Assembly: GCF_009914755.1 (NCBI RefSeq)
Contig: NC_060928.1
Origin: the human T2T-CHM13v2.0 reference genome, Homo sapiens
DNA: 64,000 nucleotides
Strand: one strand, 5' to 3'
The notes under the pieces were generated by a model. That model was not told the origin of the DNA, ran no database searches, and saw only the letters and a program-made list of their open reading frames with translations. Positions 1-14,119 of the stretch are shown piece by piece. How positions within the stretch are numbered: the first letter of the stretch is position 1; every line of letters starts with the position of its first letter. The translations under genes and the position numbers were made by a program.

Positions 1-146
1 ACTATAAGCTCCCCGAGGCCCTCACCAGAAGCAGATGCTGGCACCACACTTCTTGTGAAGCCTGCAGAACCGTGAGTCAAAATAAACCTCTTTATAAATC
101 ACCCAGTCTTAGTTATTCCTTTATGGCAATGCAAACAGACTGACAC
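1..146 (+). mobile_element. 3' part of a MaLR LTR (MSTB-like)
   Basis: gaggccctcaccagaagcagatgctggcacc...cctgcagaaccgtgag...aataaacctcttt...gactgacaca resembles the MST LTR end. Confidence 0.7.
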
Positions 147-2273
147 AATCAATAAATTTTTAGAGCATAATTTAACTACAGTTGAAAAATAACAAAAATA
201 TGGAATGAAATTAAGTGTAGGTACACAGTAATTGAAAAGCAATTTTGGAATTAAATCCTCTGAAAGTATATTACACATTACTGGGTAATAAAAAACCATG
301 ACCACTTAAAGAACTCTGAATTCTCCAGAAATAAATAAGAGTACTAAACTTACAAGAGTAAACTATTCACCTATACCTTTGGAAATACACATTAGAAAAC
401 ATATAGCTAATGATTTCCAATCTTGTATAATGTAATTCCCTACTTTTAATTCAAAGACATTTTCAATAAGACACAAGTAGCTTGGTGTGGCAATTTTTAT
501 AAAGAGTAATATCAATTTGATCCAAATATAAAAGAAATTTGTTTGACCTACAGTCTTAGTGCAGATAATTATATGACTTCTTAAGGCTTTTTGAAATGTT
601 AAAAATAGCTCCTAAACTTTTATCCACTTTTCAGGACCACTAGAATTTTGGAACTACCAGATTTTAGATAAAATCTAATCCAGTCTCATAATGAAAAAAA
701 AAAAAAAAAAGAAACAAAAATCCAGAAAGATCAAATCAGTGATAGTGGCATAGTGGCATAGTGGCAGGGCGTAGAACACTGGTTTTCCCATCTTCCAGAT
801 CAGTATTTTTTTTCCACCAGATCATGTGGTCTCACCAACAAAAACAATAAAATGTGTATCACTTCTTATTCAAATCTATTTAGTTCTTGAGTTCACATAG
901 TTTGAAGAAAAAGTTCAGATAGCAATGGATATTGCAGAATCTGAATCTGTTTGGTTCTTGAATTTTCAATAGCAAGGAATTTATTTGAAAATTTATGTGA
1001 ACTTATTTAATTCCTGAGTTTAGATATTTTATGAGAGGTTAACGGAGAATATTTTGATGCATCACTTTCCTTTTCATGTATGTGTTTCTAATTCTATCCT
1101 TCCCTCCCCTTCCTATTTTTTGCAGTAGGGGTGGCACAATAACTTAGTTTAATTAGAAAAGATCATTTCAGTTTCCCCCAACTCCAAATGTCTCTTCACA
1201 CAGAATATTGCAGGAAGTTCCTAATCACCACCAGCAGTAACATGTACAATAAAGTTGAACAAATATGTAAGTCAATATGCTCAATAGTCATGGGTCATTT
1301 TTTATTATCCTGCAATAGTTTCATAATGCATTACATACATTTTATAATCTATGTAATTTACATATAGGGCTAAAAAATTTATAAAATCACATATATGAGA
1401 TACCCCCATAATCCTTCTGAACAATTCACAGGTATTCATCCCCAGCTTAGGTGGGTCTTTGTTTCTTGTCCCCATTTCTTAATGCCAAAATAACACTGCT
1501 CTGGGTTAACATTTTAGTCATTTCCAAGTTTTCTGAAAAATTTTGCCAACATTCTATTGCAATTGTTTTTCTAGCACATTGTAATATGCTTCCACTGCTA
1601 GATACAACTCAACGAAACAAGCTCTAGCAGCCATACTATATCAGACAACTGGGGAAAAACAGTAAAAAGGCAGTGTCCATTAATAAAAAGTGTTATCTTC
1701 CACAACCATTGTATTATATCATCAAAACCTGGTAATCCCTCAATATAAAGAGTAATATTAATAAATCTAACTTTTTAAAGCATTTGTCACAATAGAATAT
1801 AAGAATAGCAATAATCTGAACTTCTCAAAGTCATAATAAACAACTGATTTTTCACTAATAATTTCATTCTTCCCTTACCGAAACCTCCTGTGATGAAGGG
1901 AATAAATGAAAAACCTTACAGACTTAGATTTCTTCTCCTTTTTCACATCATTCTCCATAGAAACATATTAACAAGTATGCTAGTTAGAACACCAGAAGGG
2001 AAACAGCAGCATGCACCCTTGCCCCCATAACTAAGAGGTACAGTTAAGCCATATAAAAAGACAAATTTAAATTCATTATATTATTACTTTATCTATGGAT
2101 AAGCCTAGCTGTATATTTTTCAAACAAAAACAGGAACTAAAGGGCAATACAATAGAACAAAATCTGGTCTACTTTCATATCTAGCATGGAAGCAGCCAGG
2201 GGAGTCATTTGACCTGGGCTGCACTTTATAAATTTATAACATATTTAGAATTTTAATATAATTTTCAAATTAG

Positions 2274-2640
<367 letters not shown>

Positions 2641-2747
2641 TAAATTTAAACTTCTATCCTACTGGACTTACCTTGATGTTACAAATTAATAATAGATCCT
2701 TTAATGATCTTGGGTGTGTAGTTTTACTTCATTTTGTAACTGTTTCT

Positions 2748-3045
<298 letters not shown>

Positions 3046-3364
3046 CTGTAACTGTTTCTAAAGTTTAATTTATTATACAAAATACTTAGAAGATAAAACA
3101 ATTTTTATAACCCACTCAAAAAGTAAAGTTGCTAAGGCTCTCTCAATCTGTTTCAGAGTTCCCCTTTCTTATTTTCTTAGTTGTCTTAGTCTTAATTTAG
3201 TTTCTCCTGTATGTCTAGTTTCTTTACCTACCCTAGGGAGGGCATCAGAACTAACACATCTTCAACCTCACAAGGTTAATCTACCCAACTAATTAGGGAC
3301 AAAGTCTATAAAAGCACTTCAACCAGGCTAAAGCATTATTCAACAAACATAAAACATTAGTAAT

Positions 3365-3880
3365 TATCTGACAAAGGACTTTTATCCAGAATTTATAACA
3401 AACACCTACAAATCAACAGAAAGCAAACAACCCAATTAAAAATGAGCAAATGACTTGAACAGATCCTTTAAAAAGGAAGATACATGAATTGTCTGTAAGA
3501 ACGTGAAAATGTGCACAACATCATTAGTCATCAAAGATATGCAATTTAAAGCAAAATGAGATACCATTTCACACCCACTAGAACAGCTAGTAACGGAATG
3601 ATAACATCAATTGCTCAAAGGCATGTGGAGCAACTGTAATTCTTACATATTGCTAGTAAGACTCAAATAATATATTTTCTACAACAGTTTGGCAGTTTCT
3701 GATATAAATAGCTTTCATATTAGATAATATAAATAGGTTTTATGTTTTATATTTTAAATATACATTGATCCCATAACCCAGCAATTCTACTCATAGGTAT
3801 TTTCCCATGAGAAATGGAACAGATGTCTAAAAAAGAGACTTACACAAGAATGTTCATAGCAGCCTCATTAATAATCCCTA
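3365..3880 (+). mobile_element. Old L1M fragment (ORF2 3' end)
   Basis: tctgacaaaggactttta...aacaacccaattaaaaatg...gagataccatttcacacccactaga...ccagcaattctactcataggtat are typical L1 3' motifs. Confidence 0.75.
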
Positions 3881-4204
3881 GCTATTTATTATAACTCCTT
3901 TCAGAGAAAGTAGTAAGAAGGTACAAAGAATAAAAAATTATTCTTGCAATTTAACTCTGGGTGAGTAGGAAAGTGTCAATGGCACTAATTAAAGGAGAAC
4001 ACAGCAGAAAAAAGAACAAGTTTTAAAAGCAAAGTAAGTTTAGTTTTAGATCCAGTGACTTAAAATTCTTCCCATAATATATATGTGAAGGTGTCTAGAA
4101 AAGAATAATGAAAGAGGCGGTGGTTCATCTAAACAGAGGTGAAGTGTTGAAGCCAGGAGAGGGGATGAAATCTGGAAAAAAATAAACCTGGGGAAAAGGA
4201 ATAG

Positions 4205-4556
4205 GTACATGTACACACACACACACATATATGTATATATACATATATGTACCTACATATGTATATGTACTAAATATTCATATACTATATACGCATATAC
4301 ACACTATATGCATGTACTATATATGCATATATACACTATATGGTATATATGCATATATACACCATATGCATATATATACACACTATACGCATATATACAC
4401 TATATGCATATATACTATATATACATATATAGGTAGATATATGTGTGTGTATATATATATGTATATGTGTATATATATGTATATATGTATATATATGTAT
4501 ACATGTATATATATATATACACACACACACATATACAGGTAGATATATATGTATAT
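4205..4556. repeat. Compound TA/CA/TG-rich simple repeat
   Basis: Degenerate tatatgca/tatacac/tatatg units; the source of four spurious ORFs. Confidence 0.95.
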
Positions 4557-4654
4557 AAAATCTAAGGACACTGTCCTTAAGGTATGACATTCTAGGGACA
4601 GTATAAAGATTAAATAGTAAAGGAGGTAAACAGAATTCTTAACTATTTTGTGCA

Positions 4655-5169
4655 AGGACTCCTCTGTCAGTGTGGTTAAGCCCACGGGCTCCTTCTCTGA
4701 ATCATGTTTTTAAATGCATGAATATATAGGAAACAAACTATATTAAAATAGTTTTATATTACTATAATATAGTAATATATATGTAATATATATTATGTAA
4801 TATATGTAATATATATGTATTATGTAATATATGTAATACAGATGTAATATATATGCCTCTTTTAATGCATTAAAATATAAAATCTAGTAGTAAGTCCAAT
4901 GTCTACCATAATTTCAAAGTAGTTGAGAATGTAAAAAATAATTAAAGATATGATATAAAAATATTTATGATTTCTATTATCGGAACAGGTACTACTAATA
5001 CCACTGTTGTTTGTTGTCTATGCTTACAGTTGAAGTAAATGTTACATTTCAACCAAGGGTCAATGAAAATAAAAATGTAATTTTTTCAACCATTCAAGTT
5101 CATGGACCCATGAAATCCTATCTATGAACTTTTGGGCAAACTATGTGGATCCCAGGTTAAGAATCTCTG
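4655..5169 (-). mobile_element. hAT-Charlie DNA transposon (MER119-like) with internal TA-rich expansion
   Basis: Ends ...caagttcatggaccc...gtggatcccaggttaagaatctctg, the reverse complement of a CAGGGGTTCTTAACCTGGG-type terminus. Confidence 0.55.
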
Positions 5170-5425
5170 AGCTAGAAAGTAAAATTAAAGATATATAAAA
5201 ATCTGATAAATAGTATCATGAAAATTACAGCAGCAAAGTAGTATATGCTGATTTTAAGTTGCAATTATGAAATGTTATATCCACTGTTTCACTTCTTGTA
5301 ACTGTGAGGTAGAAAAAGAGAGGTCAGAGAACAACCTGCCAAGCAAAATAAAGTAGAAAAGATTCAGAGGTTTCTGAATATTATCAGAAAAAGAAAACAA
5401 ATGTTTAAAAATGCATCCCCATCAG

Positions 5426-5802
5426 GGCCGGGCGCTGTGGCTCACGCCTGTAATGCCAGCACTTTGGGAGGCCGAGACGGGCAGATCACGAGGTCAGGAG
5501 ATCAAGACTATCCCAGCTAACACGGTGAAACCCCATTTCTACTAAAAATACAAAAAATGAGCTGGGCATGGTGGTGGGCACCTATAGTCCCACCTACTCG
5601 GGAGGCTGAGGCACTATATATGCACATATACACTATATGCATATATACTATATATGCACTTATACATTTTTATATGCTACTCAGGAGGCTGAGGCAGGAG
5701 AATGGTGTGAACTCGGAAGGCGAAGCTTACGGTGAGCCGAGATTGCACCATTGCATTTCAGTCTGGGCAACAGAGTGAGACTCTGTCTCAAAAAAAAAAA
5801 AA
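5426..5802 (+). mobile_element. AluY-like element with a 63-bp internal insertion
   Basis: ggccgggcgc start, cacgaggtcaggagatc and A-tail; insert at 5614-5676. Confidence 0.92.
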
Positions 5803-7099
5803 TCATTGATAACCACCATAACCATAGACTGCCATAATTATTCTGTATCAATGTTCTCAGACATTCCACTCCCATCCTGCTTCATCTAGCTTCCACTTCT
5901 TATATAAGCTAACGATATATTCCACCATGCAAGACAAGTTCAGAAGAGATGAATAATAATGGCACAAGTCTTCCAGCTAGCCTCTTACCCTTGATATACA
6001 AAACACTTAAGTATTGTAATTGAAAAGGAAGGGTAAACCATTTTCTTCTTATAGGAAAGCAGTCAAGCAATTTACTCTAGATACATTACCCCAATGTTCA
6101 TATTTCTCTGCACAATAGTCTGAGTTGTAGTGGAAATTTGACCAGAGATTATTTGGAATGCTGAATCATTTCCCATGATAGAATTTTTTTTTTTTTTGCC
6201 TCCTCAGCAGTGATGACACTTGCTATTAAGTATCATAAATCTCTGAACCATCAGAGTCATTTAGATAATGCCTTATTCCTATCACAGCCACTTTCAACAC
6301 AGCTTTAAAGTTATTGTCTAGAGGCTATTGTGGAGAATTATAGTTAGGGGTGCCACAAATATCTGACTTGTTAGAACATAACCAGTCTAACCAGTATGGT
6401 ACTCAAGAAATGTCAAAACCTTTATATAAGCTTTTAGATCTACTATAGCTGGGGCATTCTTATGAACAAATGTAAAACAAAGTAAAAGTGTTAAAAAGCA
6501 GATTTGTTTCCAAAGAAAAGCAAATATTTTGACAATAGAGTGAAACCCAAATAAGGGTAAAAAGTCAATTCTAAGTCAGTTAAGTTTTGTAAGGACCACT
6601 ATGGACTACTATAGGATTTAAATGCATTATTCTCTGGTCATGACAAGACCATGCAAAATATCTAAATGCTACAAAGCAAGCAGAAAGGTAAACTGAGGAA
6701 TTAGGCTTAATAATCAACTACCAAGACTCATACTATTGCTCTATTTTATCTACTGAATGAGCCATAAAAGACCCTCCCAAATGTTGCTTTTTAATCATCT
6801 TTAATTTTCAAATAGCATAAGACTGTAAGCAAAATGCAAACAAATTACTATTAGTATTAAGAAAAGCATTTACCTAGAAAATACTGTAATAGGATAATTA
6901 CAGAGGCACAGAGCTGGGTTTCAACTAGAGATCATCTTTCATTTTTATAAGTTACTAAAAATCAATTATCAAAACTCTAATATAACTATGATACTTGCTC
7001 AGGGTAATAAAAGATACTGAGAAAATCTATGTATTTTCTGCTCTCTAGGAGTTAACAACCTAGTATGGAAGAATACAATATAAAGATTATATATTTCTT

Positions 7100-7443
7100 G
7101 GAGACGTCCCCGACCCCTAGGCCACAGACTGGTACCAGTCCATGGCCTGTAAGGAACTGGGCTGCATAGCAGGAGGTGAGCAGCCAGCAAGTGAGCATTA
7201 CCGCCTGAGTTTGCCTCCTGTCAGTTCAGCAGTAGCATTAGATACTCATAGGAGAACCAACCCTATTGTGAACTGTGCATGAGAGGAATCTAGGTTGCAT
7301 ACTCCTTATGAGAATCTAACCAATGCCTGATGATCTGAGGTGTAACAGTTTTATCCCGAAACCATCTCCCTGCAACACCTTGCCTGAGAAAAATTGTCTT
7401 CTACGAAACCTGTCCCTGGTGCCAAAAACGTTGGGGACTGCTG
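7100..7443 (+). mobile_element. MER1B (hAT-Charlie)
   Basis: gtccccgacccc...ggtaccagtccatggcctg...ccttatgagaatcta...gtccctggtgccaaaaacgttggggactgctg. Confidence 0.85.
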
Positions 7444-8544
7444 ATCCGGCGGCTCATTTTGTCTTCAGTTTCAACACCCCTGAGATGACAAGAGAATCAA
7501 GAGCTCATATATTATTCTCCCTATTGTATCTCCACCGTATCCTACTGTAACAAGCAATGTCCTCCTTGAGACTAAACACTAAACCTTACTCAACTATTTG
7601 GTGATCAACCATGGTAACCACAACTCAGTAAGGTAACTCAGTGAGTATCTCATAAATGAAATGACTCTTCACTCTTCAAAGGGAATAAGGACTGCATTAA
7701 TAATTGAGCAATAAACTAATCTTTTAAAATTGGTAGTTCACAGAAAAACAAAAATGAGAAAACATTCCTTTATTCTCTCACACCTTATACCAAAAGTTAC
7801 TAACACTCGCTGAAAGGAATTACTAGAGAAAAATGATTTTTCTTCTGGAAGGCTTATGAGTTAGCTGGTTCAAAGGCTGGCAAGAATGAAGACTTAACAC
7901 ATTGCTTATGTTGCTTTCACTTTGGCTTACTATTTCACCACTGATATGCGCTGCAAAGAATAAATACAAAATCAAGGATAAAGTAAGTGGACATGGGCTT
8001 CCTGAAATTTCTTTTTATTCTACAGATTTGATGGTCTCAATAGCCCATGTAGAATGAGGAATATGCCAGGTCACAGGAATATAAAGAATACAGAATCATA
8101 GGACCTTTGGTTTTTAAAACATTTTAGGAGTTTTTGGCGGGGGTAGGTTAAGGGGTACAGACACATTATCATAAGAATCCATACCATTATCACAAAAGAA
8201 AACTTGCCAGACCCATTATATACTTCCAAATTTCATTTGTTACTCACACTTTACTTAAGGTTTTAGTGAAAGCCATGTCCTACCATAGCTTAATGAAGCT
8301 ACCCACCCTAGGTGGTTTTCCTCAAAAGAGGATATGGGCATGGTATCTTCTTTTAGTCTTAAATCTAGTTTACCCATACTTATTCATGCCACTGTCCATA
8401 GTTTTTTGCCTAATTAAAGCCAGGACCTGACCACTGTATTTGTGAATGTCCTAGACTTGTTAAAGCAGAAGTCTGATTCCCTTGTGACTACAGTTTTCCC
8501 TATTACATTCTTTAGCAGATACATAGTCTTTTTAAGTAGGCTCA

Positions 8545-9030
8545 TTGATTTTAGTTACTTTAAAATGTACAATTAAATTATTATTGACTATAGACCCCTG
8601 TTGTGCTATCAAATACTAGGTCTTACTCATTCAATCTTCTACCTTTTCTTTGTACCTATTCACTATCCCATTCCACATTTTTTAACTGGAATATTTATTT
8701 CTGTAAGAAAGAACTGCCCCTTCCTTCTCATTTATTTATTCACTTATATCAGTATTAAAACATGGATATTAATTTTATTCTACAGGTAATAATCCAAATT
8801 ATTGTTATAACTATTGTTGTTTACTTTGTTGCTCAAATTGTTGCAACTCTGGCCATCAGGAGCTCTTTCAGGATGGCTCCTGTGTTCCCATACTTTTTTT
8901 TGAGCACTTCCTTACTTTCTGGCAACACAAAATGCTCCAAGCTCATCTTTATTTTCCTAGCCCCAGCCATGCAAACAACCACTTCTCCAAGGGGCTTTGG
9001 TTCCTTTTATTGGAGAATTCTTATTTTATG
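8545..9030 (-). mobile_element. L1MA/L1MC 3'UTR fragments
   Basis: tacaattaaattattattgactatag...ccctgttgtgctatcaaatactagg; gttgctcaaattgtt...gagcacttccttactttctggc. Confidence 0.6.
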
Positions 9031-9120
9031 AAGGATATATATAAATAGAAGTCCTGCACTTCAGCGGACATCTTAGATAATAACCCCTACCTATACGCAC
9101 ATACTATTTTACAGAGCACT

Positions 9121-9222
9121 TGTCTTAGTCTATTTGGGCTGCAATAATAAAATACTTTAGACTGGATAGTTTATAAACAACAGAAATTTGTTTCTCACAG
9201 TTCTACAGGCTGGAAAGTCTAC
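9121..9222 (-). mobile_element. MLT1 LTR fragment
   Basis: tgtcttagtctatttgggctgc...ttataaacaacagaaattt...tctcacagttct...ggctggaaagtc. Confidence 0.7.
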
Positions 9223-11202
9223 AGATAAACTTTACAAAAACAGTATGAGCAGGCTGTGGATATAATATACAACTAGCCAATAGCAGACAGTAAACTGCAG
9301 CAGACAGTTCATAATTATATGTAAAATAAAAATGGTGAAATAATATACAAAACTAATTTATCACACTTCCCAGGTACAGTATTTAATCACACCCTCTGCA
9401 AGAATTATAGATTCCTTATATCTTAGCAAATTAAGAAACACAGAGAAAGAATAAGACGCTGAGGTTCCAAAGTACTTTAGAGATAAGGGTAATTCTTGAC
9501 AGCAGTTAACTACATCACATTATTAAATGAGGTACATGGGAAAACTCATGTATTATTAGAGCATGTTTTACAGAGTACTATTATTATAAAAATTACATTT
9601 AAAAGATGATAATCTTTTAAATTATGTGAGAATACAAACAAAAAATATCAGAATCACTCATGACACGACAGAACTTCAACATTTTATAAAATAGTTGAGA
9701 TGTTGGATTGATTCAGACACTGACTGGCTTATAAATTGGGGTTTTTTTTTTTACACTAGAATTTATCGTCAATACAACTAGAATATATGGAGTATACAGA
9801 GAAAATTATCTGGCAAAAAAATAGCTGACCCAGCAATATACCCCTCCTTTTCTCCCTTTCCAAGTAAAGGAGACTTACAATATTTCAGTCCTTGGTTAAT
9901 TTCTACAAGCATTACAAATTTTACTTTTTCCTTAAAAGGCCCTGAACTTAAGATTCTAATACCACCTAATTTAGTATGTTGGGCTATCTTAAGTTTGTAG
10001 GCAGACTACAATCAAATTAGTCTTATGGTTAAGATATCAAGAGGAAATAAAGTTTTAAGAATTCTGGATTAGAGTTTTAGATGCATTATATATAGTGGCT
10101 ATGAAAATTTTCTGTATTTATGCTTTGACAACGTATATGTTAAAAAAAAAAACTAGGCAAAATAATTGTCACAGTAGTTTCACTCTAAAGTTACCTAACA
10201 GCCTGCTGTTTTTATGACAGACATAACCACTGTTTTAAACACATTTAAATACCATGAAGAACTTAGAAACTTAATGAGACAAAATTTAAAAAGAAATAAG
10301 AAATAGAAAAATCAGAGAAAAGCAGACATCTAAGACATATAGATTTTTCTGAGGAGTTTAAAAAAACCAAACTCTTGTTTCCACGGCATCCTCTAACACA
10401 AAATTTGTGGCAGGAAAACTGCATATGTAAACATCAGTTCTCATAACAAAACAAAACCATGAAAACCCACCTTAGAAACTATTATTTTATAGAGCAAAAC
10501 GTTAAGATATCTAAACATATGGCAACTAAGAAGGTGAATGCTGACCAGTAAACTGCTTTCACACCATCTTTTGAGTAGGTTCCTCCTTTATTTCCTTGGC
10601 CTTTTAGCAATTTTTCTGAACTGTATTACTGTATATGGTATCCTAAAATTTGTTAGACTGCTTTAGCCATGCTATTTTAAAAACCACACACATGCATGTA
10701 ATGTGTATAAACATGCAGTTTTTTAAAAAAGATTTCATTTTCCCACCACTTATACCTAAAATATATAATTTAGTAAATTGAGAAGCAAGTATGTATCCCA
10801 TGTTGAAGAGTATGTTATGTTTTTGTTTTATGTCACAGACTTAAATTCATTTAAAACATAAATGTATTATACAAGGAACTGAAAATATAAATCTTATTTA
10901 GGTATTCCTTGCCTTTAAGGAGTTTAAAATTTACTAAGATCAGTACTCTTAAGAAGATAATGACAAAATAGTATCTAAAATTGACAAAGAAAGGTAAAAC
11001 TCATGGTAGAGTCAAAATTATCCTTAAAAATCCCTTAAATAGCCCATAAGTGCAGTCTGCATCTTTTAAGGCCTACAATCTCATACATCATTGTGTATTA
11101 GGAAACATAACATCTTTTAAGCATGGGAATTACACTCTATTTGCAGAGATACTTAGAGTATGTGAGGCATATAGAAACTAAGAGCTATTAAAAGAAGAAA
11201 AA

Positions 11203-12045
11203 ATTGCAGAGAAAAGGGAACCCATGTGCACTGTTGGTGGAAATGTGAATTAGTACAGCCATTATGGAAAACTGGATGGAAGTTCCTCAGAAAAACTGAA
11301 AATTGAATTACTGTATGATCCAACAATCCCACTTCCGGGTATTCACCCAAAAGATTTGAAATCAGTTTGTTGATAAAATGTCTACACTCCCATGTTCATT
11401 GTAGCATTATTCACAACAGCTGAATCATGGAATCAAGCTAAGTGTCCAGCCGCAGATGAATCTGAAAAAAGAAAATGTGGTGTGTGTACATATGTGTATG
11501 CGTACACACACACATACAATGGGATACTATTCAGCCTTAAAGAAGGAAATTCTGTCATTTGCAACAACATGGATGGAATTGGAGAACATTATATAAAGTA
11601 CAGTAAGCCAGGCACAGAAAGATAAATATTGCATGTCTTCACTTACATGTGAAATCCAGGAGAATCAAATTCAAGAAGCAGAGAGCAGAATAGTAGAATA
11701 CAAGAAGTACAGAGTAGAATACAAAGGCTGGGGGTATGGGAAATGGGGAAACAGAGTCAAAGGGTACACAATCTCAAAAGGAATATGGATTTGTTGGTTT
11801 TTTTTTAGATTTATTGCACAATGTGATGAATAGAGTTAAAAATAGAGTACTATACCTTTCAAAATCACTAAGAGAGTAAATTTCAAATGCTGTCACCACA
11901 AAAAATGTTAGGTATTTGAAGTGATGGATGTATGAACTAGCTTTATTTAATTATTCCAAGTTGTGTCCATAGATCACTTTGTACCCCATAAATTTATGCA
12001 ATTATAAATTGTCAATTTACAATAAGAACATTTTTTAAAAAGACC
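11203..12045 (+). mobile_element. L1MA 3' end
   Basis: gagaaaagggaaccc...ctgttggtggaaatgt...cccatgttcattgtagcattattcacaa, followed by L1MA-type 3'UTR and A-rich tail. Confidence 0.85.
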
Positions 12046-13132
12046 AGTAAATCCATTAACTCCAGTATCACCATCTGTATAGAGTGTATTCTCACCAATC
12101 AGAACAGATACCCACGTGATATAGGTTTTAGTTTCTTATTATCCTCTCTTTTTGGCAAAGCACATCTAATTTATGTTCCATTTTGCATATACAATGTGTT
12201 ACAGGAAATCTAAGAGGGAAACTTTTATTTTTGCCTGGAGGTAATGAAAAGAAAAACAGGAAAGGAATCAGGGAATATGAAACATTTCTTCCTTGAAAGA
12301 TGATTTAGAGTTTATCAAGCAAACAGGAAATGAGAAGCAGCAAAAACACTGAAGTACACATAAATATAATTGGATTTTAGTGTTGATACTAAGCAGCAGC
12401 AGATAAGGGAATAATGGCTTTGTTTTAAAAGAAAGTGATAAATATGTGGAGGGTTATAGTGAAGCCAAGAAAATATGAACACCTGCATGGTCGATAAAAA
12501 AATAGTATTTTAAGTAGAATCAATAGGATTGAGGGGACCTGGTAGATTCAGTTACTCAACAAGTATTTAGTGTGAAGTTTCTAATCAAGGTAACTGGAGG
12601 TATGGGTTATTTATGTAAGGAATCTGGGCCACAGAGTAGGGTTTTAAACTTCTCATTTTCTGGAGAGCAGAATAGGAAACATTCATTACACATGTATTGA
12701 GCATAAATACACGTGCTAAGTACTAGAAAAAAATGATGAAATAAAAGACAGTGTCTATCCTCAAAGATTTCATATTTTAACGGAGGAGACAGGAGTAGAA
12801 GTCAAAAGGAATAACTAAAATTTTCCAGTGTTATACATATTACCTCCTTTGAAATTCTTGTGGGTTGTATCTGGAAGTTGATAACCTAGAAGCAGCCAGG
12901 AATATGAACTTGAAAAATCAGGACTAGCAATGCAGATTTTCTATCACTATGATGTGAGAGCCTGAAGCTTAAGGTTGTTCAGGGAGAATGCATAAAATTA
13001 AAAGGAGGCTGAGAATTGAGCCTTAAGAGAATAACATTTAAGGGATGAAACAAAGAATAAGAAAATCTACCTTACCTGACTTATTATACCTTCCTCCTCA
13101 TATCAGGGAAAAAAAAAGGGAGAAAATGGGAA

Positions 13133-13194
13133 ACAATTTTCAGAGGAGTAAAGAGACAATTTTCAGAGGAGTAAAGAGACAATCTTCAGAGGAG
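13133..13194. repeat. Tandem repeat, 23-bp unit x ~2.7
   Basis: acaattttcagaggagtaaagag twice exactly, then acaatcttcagaggag; embedded in L2-like sequence. Confidence 0.9.
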
Positions 13195-13349
13195 AAAACG
13201 GTACAGTGAAAGCCAAAGGAAAGAGAGTTTCCAAGAAAGAGAGGAGTGATGAATGAAGTCAAATACTGTAGGGTCTAAGCAGCGTAAGGGCTGAGAATAT
13301 GTCCTTGTTTTTGGCAAATTAAGGGGTTTAACAGATATCTGGCTTTGTG

Positions 13350-13888
13350 TGTGTACTGTCCAGCAACAAAGTCTCCTATTTTTAGTACCCTAATTCCCCC
13401 TTTTCCAGGATTTAGCTAGCAGGTAGAGAGTACCATCATAAAAAGCATACACACTTCACCTGACAACTCTAGAATCTTATGCTTTTTATACACTTGGTCT
13501 CTTTGGGCATATTCATTTTCCAGAGTGCTACTCTCATCTTTTGACTACGTGTACAATTGATGTGGAAGAGGCCAGATCCCTCCTCTCCTTCTCAGCCATA
13601 GTGATGCTAAGGGTGGGCAGACAGATGTTTTAGAATGGGCCAATTAAATGAATCCTCTCAGGACTTGGAAAAACGAACACATTATGGAAGCATAAACCTC
13701 AGGTCATGCAGACTTGTTTATTATAATGCGTCCTTGACTGTAGTTCCTCTGTATTCTTGGATTTTTTATTTGCCAACCTTGGCCCTCTAGCCTCTAGATA
13801 ATTGTGAGAGCCCTGAATAGTCTCCCAATAACCCCCTCTTCCTTAACATGGCCAAAGTTAGTAACTTTAAATCAAGAACCCTGATACG
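13350..13888 (+). mobile_element. Ancient ERVL/MaLR-type LTR (family uncertain)
   Basis: 3' end ...cccaataaccccctcttcc...aatcaagaaccctgatac resembles ancient ERVL/MLT LTR termini. Confidence 0.35.
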
Positions 13889-14119
13889 GGAGCTATCCAT
13901 TTTCCTTTGCTTTCTTTTACTGAGGGAATTCTGCTCAACTGTTATCACTATTGTAAAGCCTGTATTGGAAACAATACACTTTCTTCTCCTAGCTCTTACT
14001 TCAAGTAGAATTTATACTTCTTGTAATTCCATAAAATCTATTTCTTAAATTCTGTTATAACAAACAATCACACTGTATTTATAGTGTACCTCAGCTGAAG
14101 AAGGCAATGATTCAGTAAA

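Noticed and set aside
4209-4685. Four overlapping Y/I/H-rich ORFs
   Set aside because: Artefacts of the TA-rich simple repeat.
13066-13090. Minus-strand cag|gtaagg as a recursive splice site
   Set aside because: No polypyrimidine tract upstream of the AG.
13133-13194. Direct repeats resembling a CRISPR array
   Set aside because: The units are contiguous with no spacers, in a eukaryotic intron; this is a simple minisatellite.
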